Made by a program: the position numbers and the translations under genes. From Bacillota bacterium (GTDB lineage: Bacteria > Bacillota > SHA-98 > UBA4971), in contig JANLFY010000001.1 of assembly GCA_024653485.1 (NCBI GenBank), positions 166,160 through 230,159 of the forward strand: 64,000 nucleotides of DNA, written 5' to 3'. Positions 47,473 to 56,964 of this stretch are shown piece after piece (positions within the stretch are counted from its first letter, which is position 1; each line of letters opens with the position of its first letter). Under the pieces are notes generated by a model, which was not told the origin of the DNA, ran no database searches, and saw only the letters and a program-made list of their open reading frames with translations.

Positions 47473-48350
47473 TGGGTATTTTCGTGGGAGAACACACGAG
47501 GCTCGTGGTGCAGGGGATCACGGGCAGGGAAGGACGGTTTCACGCGGGACGAATGAAGGAGTACGGGACGAACGTGGTCGCGGGGATGACTCCGGGGCGG
47601 GGAGGCACTGACGTAGACGGCGTTCCCGTGTACGATACTGTGCTCGAAGCCGTGAAAGAGACGGGCGCCAACACATCGTGCATATTCGTGCCGGCTTCAG
47701 CGGCCGCGGATGCCGCGTCTGAGGCCCTTGCCGCAGGGATCGAGACGGTCGTGTGCATCACCGAGGGCATTCCCACCCTGGACGTAATGAGCGTCCTCGA
47801 CGCTGCCAAGGCTCAGGCGTTAAAGGGGAGGATCATAGGCCCGAACTGCCCGGGCCTCGTGACGTGTGGCAAGGCGCTCGTCGGCATCATGCCCGGCAAC
47901 ATTTTCACTCCTGGGCCCGTTGGCCTCATCTCCAGGAGCGGAACCCTCACGTATGAGGTAGTGAACCTGCTCACGTCGAAGGGGATAGGCCAGTCCACGT
48001 GCATCGGGGTCGGAGGTGACCCCATAATCGGGACGAACTTCGTTGACTGCCTTGCCGAATTCGAGCGCGATCCCGAGACCAGGGTGGTGGTGCTCATCGG
48101 CGAGATCGGAGGCCAAGACGAGGAGGACGCGGCGGCGTTCATCAAGGACAACGTGAGCAAACCCGTGGTGGCGTTCGTATCTGGGCGCACTGCGCCGCCT
48201 GGGAAACGCATGGGGCACGCGGGCGCCATAGTGTCTGGCAGCATGGGAACAGCCGAATCGAAGGTGAGGGCGTTCCGTGAAGCAGGGGTGCCTGTCGCCG
48301 ATAGCATCGCGGACATCGCGGATCTGGTGGCGAAGGCGTTGGGCCGGTGA
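47472..48350 (+). CDS. sucD: Succinyl-CoA synthetase alpha subunit
   Basis: [34 protein letters not shown]. Confidence 0.96.
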   Translation: MGIFVGEHTRLVVQGITGREGRFHAGRMKEYGTNVVAGMTPGRGGTDVDGVPVYDTVLEAVKETGANTSCIFVPASAAADAASEALAAGIETVVCITEGIPTLDVMSVLDAAKAQALKGRIIGPNCPGLVTCGKALVGIMPGNIFTPGPVGLISRSGTLTYEVVNLLTSKGIGQSTCIGVGGDPIIGTNFVDCLAEFERDPETRVVVLIGEIGGQDEEDAAAFIKDNVSKPVVAFVSGRTAPPGKRMGHAGAIVSGSMGTAESKVRAFREAGVPVADSIADIADLVAKALGR

Positions 48351-48520
48351 GGCTCGAAAAGCACTCGCTGCGCGGACAAAGGCGCGATCGCGGGGTGGGC
48401 CGCCGATGAGGCGTCCGCCCCTCGATCGCGACGTGGCGGTGGCGATGCCAGGTTGAGACGGCTCGCCTTCGAACCAAGCGGGAAGAAGAATCGGATGCGT
48501 CGCCTCTTGGGCCCGGCCGG

Positions 48521-49258
48521 CTAGACAGTAGACGCAGGCACATCCGGTACTGGATCCTTGAGGAACTGGGCGAGCATACTTGCGACGAACCTCTGGAACT
48601 GCGGCGTCTTTGCCAGCTCTAGCAGAAGACTGAGGGAACCGGCTGGCACTGGCGGCACTTCGGAACCCTGGAGACCGGGCTCTTCGGTCAACGAGGCCTT
48701 GACTAGGGCGCTGATCTCCGCTAGAGCCCCCGTGGCCTCGTCAGCGAGTTTGAGGGAAGACTGAACCCTGTTGAGAGTGGCGTTCACCGTCCCGTCCGCG
48801 ATGACCCCGCGTAGTGCCACCTTCGCGCGGGACAGCAGGTTAGGCTGCGATGCCTGCGCATCTGACATCTGCGAGGCCTTGTCTGGTCCGTTGCCGCCGT
48901 GCGCGGATCCATCCGAATCGGAGGATGGAGCGTTCCCGCCCGACGCCTGGGAGGCAGCCGGGTTGCGGTGGAGGCGGGAGACCCGCTCGCGGAGGACCTC
49001 CCGATTTCCGGTGCCGGGCCCCACGAAGCCGCCCATGGCCCCGTAGCGTCCTCTCTCGGCTGCGGCAGGCGTTTCCGCCGTGCCGTTCCCGGGCCGGGCG
49101 TTCTCTATGGCGTCGAGCCTAGACGATATCTTGTCGTGCGACTCCTCGAGGCGTCTCAGGGTTCGTTCGAGACGCTGCAAGACAAGGCTCTGCTGGGCGA
49201 CGACCTCCTGTAGCGTCGGCATCTCTCGACGGGAATCCTTGGTATCTTGTACCTCCAT
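48521..49258 (-). CDS. Hypothetical protein with N-terminal coiled coil and low-complexity middle (possible spore protein)
   Basis: SD-like ggagcggggtgg; sigmaK-like promoter upstream. Confidence 0.65.
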   Translation of the reverse strand: MEVQDTKDSRREMPTLQEVVAQQSLVLQRLERTLRRLEESHDKISSRLDAIENARPGNGTAETPAAAERGRYGAMGGFVGPGTGNREVLRERVSRLHRNPAASQASGGNAPSSDSDGSAHGGNGPDKASQMSDAQASQPNLLSRAKVALRGVIADGTVNATLNRVQSSLKLADEATGALAEISALVKASLTEEPGLQGSEVPPVPAGSLSLLLELAKTPQFQRFVASMLAQFLKDPVPDVPASTV

Positions 49259-49315
49259 GGAGAACCACCCCGCTCCCTATCTGTGCCCACCAGGTTTCTT
49301 ATCGGTCGGCATTAC

Positions 49316-49342
49316 ATTATATGACCTTTCATGAAGACTGTG
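49316..49342 (-). promoter_or_regulatory. sigmaK-like promoter
   Basis: CACA-15nt-CATATAAT on minus strand. Confidence 0.5.
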
Positions 49343-49508
49343 CGGGGCACGCGCCATCCGGAAGAGGGAGCGCGCCGACGGCTATCGCCTGTCACGCCTC
49401 ACCAAACCCTGCCCTTCGGAATACGATCTATCAGCACCGGGCGGTGGCCCTGTGCGGATACTGCGGTGCGCGGGAAGCCGCAAGCCGGGAAGGTGGGACA
49501 CGACGCCC

Positions 49509-49886
49509 ATGGCGGACGAGTTGGAGGAACTCAGATCGAAAATCCGCGAGACTCTGCAGCAGAACGGAGGAACGTCGCTGGCAGGGGTGCTGCGCGAGGC
49601 GGGCATCTCCCCCGATAGGCAGGAAAAGGTGAAGGGCCTGCTCGGCGGGATGGGCTTTTCAGACGGTCAGCTGCTAGACCCTGCGGAGCTCGCCAAGATC
49701 GCGCAAGGTTTCTTGTCGTCGATGCCAGAGGAGGCCCGGCGCCAGCTCCTCGGGGTAGCTCTCCAAGTGGTGACTGAAATGAGTGGGAAAGGCGTGCCTC
49801 CAGGAATCACGGATGCCTTGTCACGCCAATCGAGCGAGGAAAGCAAGGATGTCCCACCCGATCCGAGCCAACGAGGGAGCGGCTAG
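49509..49886 (+). CDS. Hypothetical helical protein, 125 aa
   Basis: MADELEELRSKIRETLQ...; CACC-16nt-AATACGAT at 49400-49427. Confidence 0.65.
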   Translation: MADELEELRSKIRETLQQNGGTSLAGVLREAGISPDRQEKVKGLLGGMGFSDGQLLDPAELAKIAQGFLSSMPEEARRQLLGVALQVVTEMSGKGVPPGITDALSRQSSEESKDVPPDPSQRGSG

Positions 49887-49917
49887 ATACACGGAGACCG
49901 AGCGAGAGCGCGCGGGG

Positions 49918-49946
49918 AACCAACCAACACGGCACCCCATATGATA
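49918..49946 (+). promoter_or_regulatory. sigmaK-like promoter of small-peptide triplet
   Basis: AACC-16nt-CATATGATA, matches mACm-N16-CATAnnnTA. Confidence 0.6.
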
Positions 49947-50065
49947 GTAGCGAGGTAGGCACCGACGAACGAGGTTGCCTGCGGCAAAGTGGCATGACGA
50001 GTCCGGTGAGGCAGGGTGGGTCTCGTGAAAGTGCACGCGAACGAAAGCAAAGGGGGGTATGACCG

Positions 50066-50173
50066 GTGACGCAAGAGGTCCAATTCTGGTGGATAATCAT
50101 ACTGCTATTCGTCTTGCTCATCCCGATATTCTTGATCTTCTTCCCAATCTGGCCGTGGAGCAAGAAGGCCTGA
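50066..50173 (+). CDS. Small hydrophobic peptide 1, 35 aa (MTQEVQFWWIIILLFVLLIPIFLIFFPIWPWSKKA)
   Basis: GTG start after aaggggggt; paralog of next two ORFs; not in ORF track. Confidence 0.8.
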   Translation: MTQEVQFWWIIILLFVLLIPIFLIFFPIWPWSKKA

Positions 50174-50304
50174 TCCCGCACATGGCTGCATGAAGTGAGG
50201 GACGGCAAAGTGATCGTCGGGCGGCCTGACCAGGGAAGCGACTTGGGGTCTCCATGGGAAGGCCGCGCGAGACCTCGTGACACACGAGGAAAGGAGGTCT
50301 CCCC

Positions 50305-50412
50305 ATGACCCAGGAGATCGAGTTCTGGTGGATAATCATACTGCTCTTCGTCCTGCTCATCCCGCTCTTCTTGGTCTTCCTCCCGCTCTTTTCTTGGGGC
50401 AAGGGCGCGTAA
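50305..50412 (+). CDS. Small hydrophobic peptide 2, 35 aa (MTQEIEFWWIIILLFVLLIPLFLVFLPLFSWGKGA)
   Basis: SD AAGGAGGT; near-identical to peptide 1 with synonymous changes. Confidence 0.85.
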   Translation: MTQEIEFWWIIILLFVLLIPLFLVFLPLFSWGKGA

Positions 50413-50459
50413 CGCTTGCTGCGGGCTGGGTGAAGTCTGGGAAACGGGGGGAGCGGACC

Positions 50460-50573
50460 GTGGTCCAACAACTCGAACACTGGTGGATCGTCATTCTCCT
50501 GTTCGTTCTGTTACTCCCGGAGCTCATCTCTCTATCCGCGGCGCTCGTCTCGATCCGTGCTAGGAAACCATGA
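50460..50573 (+). CDS. Small hydrophobic peptide 3, 37 aa (MVQQLEHWWIVILLFVLLLPELISLSAALVSIRARKP)
   Basis: SD gggggag, GTG start; shares WWIxILLFVLLxP. Confidence 0.78.
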   Translation: MVQQLEHWWIVILLFVLLLPELISLSAALVSIRARKP

Positions 50574-50598
50574 CCTGCTTGCCAACTCACAGCCTCCT

Positions 50599-50640
50599 CG
50601 CAGAAGGGCCTTCGGCCTCGACGGCCGGGGCCCTTCTGCG
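50599..50640 (+). terminator. Long hairpin closing the peptide triplet
   Basis: cgcagaagggccttcggcc-tcgac-ggccggggcccttctgcg. Confidence 0.6.
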
Positions 50641-50758
50641 TTGACGAGAGGCCTCTTGGCGGCTCTTCCCCCGGGGGGGGGCCCTCCACTCACCGACCCT
50701 TGCCTTCAGGAATATCATTTAGCGTCGCTGAAATCCGCCGTAGAGGAGGACCAGGCAC

Positions 50759-51940
50759 ATGCTCCCGACTTATGCCGCCTACCTTATGGCACTTGCTATC
50801 CTCGCGCGCAAATCGCGCCGCGGAGCGGGGAGGACCAGATCAAGGGTGGTCCGGAAAATCGTCTTGTTTAGGCCGGGCGTGGAACCCGAAAAGGTCCGCT
50901 CCCTGGTCGAGGAGTGCGGGGGAAGGCTCAAGAAGCGACTGCCAATAGTGAACGGCGCAGCGTGCGTCTTTCCCGAGGAAGCGACGGCCATGAGCCTCCT
51001 TTCACGCTCAGGCGAGGTGGCGTGGGTGGAGGACGATTTCGTCGTCTCTGTTACGAGTGCTTGCTTGTTCGGTCCGGGACCGCGTCCCAAGCCGCGTCAA
51101 CAGGTTGTGCCCTGGGGGATCACGAAGGTGCGGGCTCCCGAGGCCTGGAGCCGCGCCACCGGAAGGGGAGTGCGCGTGGCCGTGCTCGACACGGGCATAG
51201 ACGCCGACCACCCTGACCTCAAACCGAATGTCGACGGCGGGTTCGACTGCATCAACGAGACGACGACCATAGCCGACGACAACGGCCACGGCACGCACGT
51301 GGCCGGAACCATCGCGGCACTGGACAACGATATCGGGGTCGTGGGGGTGGCGCCCGAGGCACGGCTTTACTCCGTGAAGGCTTTCGATTCTCGGGGCCAG
51401 GGTCAGGTGTCTGACATAGTGCAGGGCGTGGAGTGGTGTATTACCAACCGTATGCAGGTCATCAACATGAGCTTCGGAACCCCCGATTCCAGCAAGGCCC
51501 TGACCATCGCCATCGAACAGGCTGCTCGTGCAGGCATCGTGATGGTCGCGGCCGCGGGCAACGACGGCAAGCGTGATCACGTGCTGTACCCAGCCCGTGA
51601 TCCCAATGTGATCGCCGTGGCCGCATCAACCCGTGACGACCGCGTGGCTTCGTTCAGCAACTCCGGCGAACAGGTGGCGGTCGCCGCGCCCGGTGAAGAT
51701 ATCTTCTCGACGCACAGGGACGGCGGGTACAAGACCTTGGCCGGCACGTCCATGGCTTGCCCTCATGTCGCCGGAATCGCCGCGCTGATCCTCTCGGCCT
51801 CGCCAGGCCTCGACAGGGACGCTGTCCGGGACATTCTGTGCAAGACAGCCACCCGGCTGCCAGGGTTTGCCCCTGACCAGCAAGGATCGGGCATAGTGAA
51901 CGCCCTGGAGGCGGTCGCTCGTGTTCGTCTGTCGCCCTGA
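50759..51940 (+). CDS. S8 subtilisin-like serine protease with I9-like prodomain
   Basis: VAVLDTG, HGTHVAG, AAAGN, GTSMACPHV; start uncertain; CACC-16nt-AATATCAT at 50691-50718. Confidence 0.93.
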   Translation: MLPTYAAYLMALAILARKSRRGAGRTRSRVVRKIVLFRPGVEPEKVRSLVEECGGRLKKRLPIVNGAACVFPEEATAMSLLSRSGEVAWVEDDFVVSVTSACLFGPGPRPKPRQQVVPWGITKVRAPEAWSRATGRGVRVAVLDTGIDADHPDLKPNVDGGFDCINETTTIADDNGHGTHVAGTIAALDNDIGVVGVAPEARLYSVKAFDSRGQGQVSDIVQGVEWCITNRMQVINMSFGTPDSSKALTIAIEQAARAGIVMVAAAGNDGKRDHVLYPARDPNVIAVAASTRDDRVASFSNSGEQVAVAAPGEDIFSTHRDGGYKTLAGTSMACPHVAGIAALILSASPGLDRDAVRDILCKTATRLPGFAPDQQGSGIVNALEAVARVRLSP

Positions 51941-51998
51941 CTGTTCCACCCGGGGATTCTCACCCGGAGTACTCCTGTGTGTGACGAGGTGATCCGCT

Positions 51999-53084
51999 GT
52001 GGCCCAAGTGTCCCGCGTCCTTGAGGACGCAACATGGCAGCTTTTGGGTCTACCGAACGTGGTAGGCGTGGGCCGCGGATACAAGGTTACCGCCGGCATC
52101 CGTGGCTCCACTGAGTGTATTGTCGTGCTCGTGAAGAAGAAACTACCGAGGGGAGTTCTCGAGACTCAGGCAATGGCTCCCGCCGAGGTGCATGGGGTTC
52201 CCACCGACGTCGTGGAGGTCGGGGAGATACGGTTCCTTGAAGGAGGCGCTGAAGGCGCAGGCGATGAACCGGTCGACACACCGACCTGGACTGAAAGGCC
52301 CCGCAGAGGGGCGCGGATTCGCCCTGCTCGGCCTGGCGTCAGCATTGGTCACTATCAAGTGACCGCGGGCACGCTGGGGGCGATAGTGTGGGACAGGAAG
52401 ACTGGGGAGCCTTTCATCCTGTCCTGCAACCACGTGCTCGCCAACGCCACCTCTGGTCGGGACGGCAGAGCGAAGCTGGGCGACCCCATCGTCCAGCCCG
52501 GCGCGGCTGACGGGGGGACTGTCGACCGAGATCAGATCGCCGTTCTCGACAGGTTTGTTCCGATCCACATGTCAGGGAGGGTGCCTGCATGCCTTGCCTC
52601 GAAGGCAGCCGAAAGGCTCCTCAACAACTGGCTGCGGGTTACGGGCGTCGCGGCCAGGGTGGAGATGGTGACCAGGTACTCTACCATGGCCGTGAACACC
52701 GTGGATGCCGCATTGGCCCGTCCGCTCCACCGGAGCTCCGTCGAACCGGCCATCCTCGGGCTCGGCGAGCTGCGGGGAGCTGCCGATCCCGAACTTGGCA
52801 TGGCGGTGAGGAAGAGCGGCCGGACCACCGGTGTGACCGCGGGCGAGATAACCTCGGTCGACACTACCACGAGGGTTGTGTACACGGGCAATGTGACCGC
52901 GACTTTCCGAGACCAGATAGTGACCGGTCCGATGGGCGAAGGAGGAGACTCCGGCTCGGTCCTGGTGGACGCCGACATGCGAGCGGTGGGACTCCTCTTC
53001 GCCGGCTCTGACAAGGCGACGCTTTACAACAGGATCACGAACGTCTTGGACGCGCTGGCCGTAACGATTGAGCGCCCGAGCTGA
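51999..53084 (+). CDS. Trypsin-fold (Nal1-like) serine protease
   Basis: NVVGVG..PTDVVEVG N-domain; TAGTLG, SCNHVL, VDAALA, KSGRTTG, GDSGS. Confidence 0.8.
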   Translation: MAQVSRVLEDATWQLLGLPNVVGVGRGYKVTAGIRGSTECIVVLVKKKLPRGVLETQAMAPAEVHGVPTDVVEVGEIRFLEGGAEGAGDEPVDTPTWTERPRRGARIRPARPGVSIGHYQVTAGTLGAIVWDRKTGEPFILSCNHVLANATSGRDGRAKLGDPIVQPGAADGGTVDRDQIAVLDRFVPIHMSGRVPACLASKAAERLLNNWLRVTGVAARVEMVTRYSTMAVNTVDAALARPLHRSSVEPAILGLGELRGAADPELGMAVRKSGRTTGVTAGEITSVDTTTRVVYTGNVTATFRDQIVTGPMGEGGDSGSVLVDADMRAVGLLFAGSDKATLYNRITNVLDALAVTIERPS

Positions 53085-53235
53085 GGAACCAAGGCGGATC
53101 GGATCGGCACGGAACAACTCAGCGAGACGCGGAGGAGCGGCTAGCAAAGCAGGAAAACCAAGTCAGGTGACGAAAAACGAGAACATGACGTGGGATCGGT
53201 CGAGGGCACACGCCGGTCCCGGAGGTGAACGGGTC

Positions 53236-53823
53236 GTGAAGGCGGTCGCCATTGCTGTCCTGAGCTATCTGATAGGGTCGATCCCCTTCTCTTACCTGTC
53301 CGCGATGGTTTTCAAGAGGACCGATGTGAGGAAGGTGGGATCGAGGAACGTCGGCACGACAAACGTGCTTAAGTCCGCAGGCCTCATTCCCGGCCTCATC
53401 GCCGCCGTAGGTGACTGCGGCAAGGGAGTCTTGGCCGTGCTCATCGCGAGAGCCACGGCTCCCGAGTTGTACTGGATGACATTCGCAGCCGGCCTTCTGG
53501 CTGTCGTCGGGCACAACTGGCCGATCTGGCTCGGGTTCCACGGAGGAGGAGGCCTGGCGACGTGCATTGGCAGCTTGTTAGTGCTCTCGGCGGCGTCCGT
53601 GTTCTATCTGCTCGCCCTGTGGGGCGCCTCCTACGTCCTCACGAGACACAAGTACGCGAGCTCCCTGTTCGGTTGCATGTCGCTGCCGGTGTTCCTGGGA
53701 GTATACGAGCAGTCCTGGGCGTACTTCGGGTTTGGGTTTGGCATGGGCGTTCTCCTCGGTGCGAAGCAGGTGCTCGCGTGGTTGAGATACGGTAAGAAGC
53801 CCGAGAGCATCGCGGCGTGCTGA
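53236..53823 (+). CDS. plsY: Glycerol-3-phosphate acyltransferase PlsY-like
   Basis: YLIGSIP, GSRNVGTTN, GHNWPIW..GGGG. Confidence 0.85.
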   Translation: MKAVAIAVLSYLIGSIPFSYLSAMVFKRTDVRKVGSRNVGTTNVLKSAGLIPGLIAAVGDCGKGVLAVLIARATAPELYWMTFAAGLLAVVGHNWPIWLGFHGGGGLATCIGSLLVLSAASVFYLLALWGASYVLTRHKYASSLFGCMSLPVFLGVYEQSWAYFGFGFGMGVLLGAKQVLAWLRYGKKPESIAAC

Positions 53824-53974
53824 TGCCCACGTGCCGCCCGTCCGGACGTGCCCATTCCCAACGGGTCGCACGCGACGGCAGACTCGGGGGCGCTGAAGGC
53901 CCAAACTCGGGAGCGACGAAGGCCGTGGCACACGGGCGCCGCTCCCGTTGAGTTTGCAGCAAAGGAGGAGCAAG

Positions 53975-55102
53975 GTGGCAAGCAGGGTATACGTCACGAA
54001 CATGAGGACGAAGAGCGGCCTTTCTTTGGTGGACAAGGTCGGTCTGTTGTTCGACGCTGCGGGGTTTGCGCAACTCTTCGGAAAGGACGATCTCGTCGCG
54101 ATAAAGCTGCACGTAGGAGAGCCGGGCAACATCGCGTTCATCCCGCCGCCGCTCGTCAGGAGGGTCGTCGACAAGATAAAGGCCGCGGGCGCACGCCCGT
54201 TCCTTACCGACTCGAATACCCTGTACGTCGGCAGACGATCGAACGCCGTGGACCACACCATATCCGCGTTGGAGAACGGGTTCACGTACGCGACCGTGGG
54301 GGCACCTTTCATCGTAGCCGACGGCTTGACAGGCCATGAGCACGTGAAAGTGCCCATCGACGGCGTGCGCCTCAAAGAAGTCCGCATAGGGGCTGCTATC
54401 GCCCAGGCAGACGCCATGATAGCCCTCTCGCATTTCAAAGGCCACGAGGCCACGGGCTTCGGGGGGGCCATCAAGAACGTCGGCATGGGTTCCGCGAGCC
54501 GCGGTGGCAAGCAGGAGCAACACTCGAACCTCAAGCCAGCGGTGCGTCTCGAGAAGTGCACCGGGTGCGGCAGGTGCGTCAGGTGGTGTCCCGCCGGGGC
54601 TCTTTCGGTGGGCGATGATAGAAGGGCACACATAGATCCGGAGCGCTGCATCGGCTGCGCTGAGTGTACGATAACGTGCAACAACAGAGCCATCAAGGTG
54701 CAGTGGGAGGAAGGCGAGGAGGGAAGCCTCCAGGAAAAGATGGCCGAGTATGCGCTCGGGGTCGTAAAAACCAAGGCGGGCAAGTGCGGCTTCATGAACT
54801 TCGTGATGAACGTCTCGCCCCAGTGCGACTGCTACGCGTGGAACGATGTCCCCATCGTGCCGAGCGTCGGCATCCTGGCTTCGTGCGACCCCGTTGCCGT
54901 GGATGCAGCCTCGGTCGATTTGGTCAACCGGGCGACGGTTCTCCCAGGGTCGGCCGTTGATCGCTCCGATGAAGCCGGTCCTCACGCGGACAAGTTCGCA
55001 GCCCTGTATCCGGATGTGGACTGGACCGTGCAGCTGAGGCACGGCGAGCGGATTGGGCTCGGGACGCGGGATTACGCGCTTGTGCACGTGGCGATGGTCT
55101 GA
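53975..55102 (+). CDS. DUF362 domain Fe-S protein
   Basis: IKLHVGEPGN, TDSNTLY, HFKGH..GGAIKN, two CxxCxxCxxxC motifs, CDC. Confidence 0.88.
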   Translation: MASRVYVTNMRTKSGLSLVDKVGLLFDAAGFAQLFGKDDLVAIKLHVGEPGNIAFIPPPLVRRVVDKIKAAGARPFLTDSNTLYVGRRSNAVDHTISALENGFTYATVGAPFIVADGLTGHEHVKVPIDGVRLKEVRIGAAIAQADAMIALSHFKGHEATGFGGAIKNVGMGSASRGGKQEQHSNLKPAVRLEKCTGCGRCVRWCPAGALSVGDDRRAHIDPERCIGCAECTITCNNRAIKVQWEEGEEGSLQEKMAEYALGVVKTKAGKCGFMNFVMNVSPQCDCYAWNDVPIVPSVGILASCDPVAVDAASVDLVNRATVLPGSAVDRSDEAGPHADKFAALYPDVDWTVQLRHGERIGLGTRDYALVHVAMV

Positions 55103-55245
55103 TTCCAGCGATCTCGGCGCGTGTCCCGCGCCCGGATCGCCCTCGCCCCGGACATACTAAGCGTGGTCGGAAGGATGCCCCGCGTCTTGCGGTGCATGAG
55201 GCCACGACGTGTGCGATGAGTGCTCGAAGGCCCGGCGGGGCGTTC

Positions 55246-56898
55246 ATGGAGGACGAGAGAGTGCCAGGCGTTTACGTGACGGAAAGAAACTTTGGGGATG
55301 TCGCGATAGACCTCTATACCGTTGTAGAGAGCGTCGCTCCCGAATGGCTTGCGGGCGCAAGGTGGCTTCAGCGCAAAGACATCCCCATCAGCCAGGTAAA
55401 GGTGCGCGATCTCGGGACGCTCGCTGGAGACGAGTCAGCGTTGTGCGTCCTCACAGTGATCGAAGTCGTCTTTCACGCGCGAGGCGAGGAGAAGGAGCGT
55501 TCGGACCTCTACAATGTGCCTTTGGTCGTCGCGATGCGAGGCGTGGAGACGGGGAGCGAGCCGCTCGCCCAGATAAGGGGTCCAGGCTACGAGGCGCTCG
55601 TGTACGACGCCGCTGATACCGCCATGTTTGCGAGGGCGGCGTTGGAAGGTGTCAGACAAGGGACCGTAGTGGCCACTGCGGAAGGCGCGTTCGAGTTTCG
55701 CGGCGCCGGTCCCGGCGCGCCGGGTGCGGTGCGCGCAGCGACGAAGCTGCCGGGAACTTCCACGAACACGCTCGTTGCCGTGGACTCCACATGGATCATG
55801 AAGGTCTACCGCAGGATGGTCCGGGGCGCGTCCCCGGACCTCGAGATGAGCGTGGGGTTGACCAAAGCGGGTTTCGGCCACATGCCCGCGACAGCTGGCT
55901 ACGCGGTGTACAGGACGCGCGACGGGGCGTCCTTCCCCATCTTCTTGGTGCAGCAATTCGTGCCAAACCATGGTGAAGCGTGGCGAAGATTCCTCGCCGA
56001 CGCTGCCGCCTTCGTTCGCGGCGGGGAGGCAGAGGGGGAAGGTGGCAAGGATCGGAGTGCGGCCCGCCTCGGTGAGATAACTGCCGAGCTTCACTGCGCT
56101 TCCGCTCGCGTGGGTGATGACGCGTTTCGTCCTGTGGACATGGACTCCCGCGACGTCCTTGCCCTTGAGCAAAGTCTGGGCGGGTCGGTGAGTGAGTCCA
56201 TGAAAGCACTCCGGCAGGCCGAGGGACGCTACGAACAGCCGTATACCGGGATGATCCGCGACGCGGCGCGACGCGCAGACGACCTCATCGCGCTAGTGAA
56301 GCGGGCGTGCCGCGGCCTCGAATCCGGTCGAGACCTGGGCAAGAAGATCCGAATCCACGGCGACCTGCACCTCGGCCAGTTCCTGGTGATTGCTGGGGAA
56401 GCTAGGAACTGCGGCGAGGACTTCGTCGTGATAGACTTCGAAGGGGAGCCTTTGCGCCCTTCCGAGGAGAGGAGACTGAGAGCGAGCCCCTTGCGGGACG
56501 TGGCGGGGATGCAGAGGTCGTTCGATTATGTGGCCTACTCGGCGGTCCTAGCACCTGAGGGGAACCGGTCGGAATATGGCGGAGGTGCGTCTGCCGCGCC
56601 GGCGCACGCCGGAAGAGGGGAGATCGAGCATGCGCTCTTTCAGAGGGCGAGGGCTTGGGGCAGACGAGCGGCAGCGGCGTTCCTCGCGGGCTACCTGCAG
56701 AGAATACGGCGCGACGCCCCGGACCTCGTGCCGGGGGACGACAAAGACTTCAGGCTGTTGCTCACGTCTTTCAAGCTGGAGAAAGCCCTCTACGAGGTGA
56801 GATACGAGCTCTGGAACCGTCCCACATGGGTGGAGATCCCCATCGCGGGAGTCCTGGATTGCATGGAGGAACTCGGCGGCCTTGTTGGGAGGCCGTGA
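55246..56898 (+). CDS. Maltokinase (Mak/Pep2-like)
   Basis: WLAGARW, RIHGDLHLGQ, IDFEGEP, PLRDVAGM.RSF, EKALYEVRYE..NRPTWV. Confidence 0.88.
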   Translation: MEDERVPGVYVTERNFGDVAIDLYTVVESVAPEWLAGARWLQRKDIPISQVKVRDLGTLAGDESALCVLTVIEVVFHARGEEKERSDLYNVPLVVAMRGVETGSEPLAQIRGPGYEALVYDAADTAMFARAALEGVRQGTVVATAEGAFEFRGAGPGAPGAVRAATKLPGTSTNTLVAVDSTWIMKVYRRMVRGASPDLEMSVGLTKAGFGHMPATAGYAVYRTRDGASFPIFLVQQFVPNHGEAWRRFLADAAAFVRGGEAEGEGGKDRSAARLGEITAELHCASARVGDDAFRPVDMDSRDVLALEQSLGGSVSESMKALRQAEGRYEQPYTGMIRDAARRADDLIALVKRACRGLESGRDLGKKIRIHGDLHLGQFLVIAGEARNCGEDFVVIDFEGEPLRPSEERRLRASPLRDVAGMQRSFDYVAYSAVLAPEGNRSEYGGGASAAPAHAGRGEIEHALFQRARAWGRRAAAAFLAGYLQRIRRDAPDLVPGDDKDFRLLLTSFKLEKALYEVRYELWNRPTWVEIPIAGVLDCMEELGGLVGRP

Positions 56899-56964
56899 CG
56901 CAGGCCCACGCGGAGTCTGGGCCTTCTGCCTAGCACGGTCAGAGTGCAAGTGATGAGGAGGACG

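Noticed and set aside
50066..50573. Repeats as CRISPR array or type I toxin-antitoxin
   Set aside because: The repeats are coding with synonymous variation, with no constant repeat-spacer period and no cas genes; no antisense RNA signals are seen, and a sigmaK-like promoter argues otherwise
53578..55087. 405- and 482-aa minus-strand ORFs
   Set aside because: Antisense shadows of plsY and DUF362
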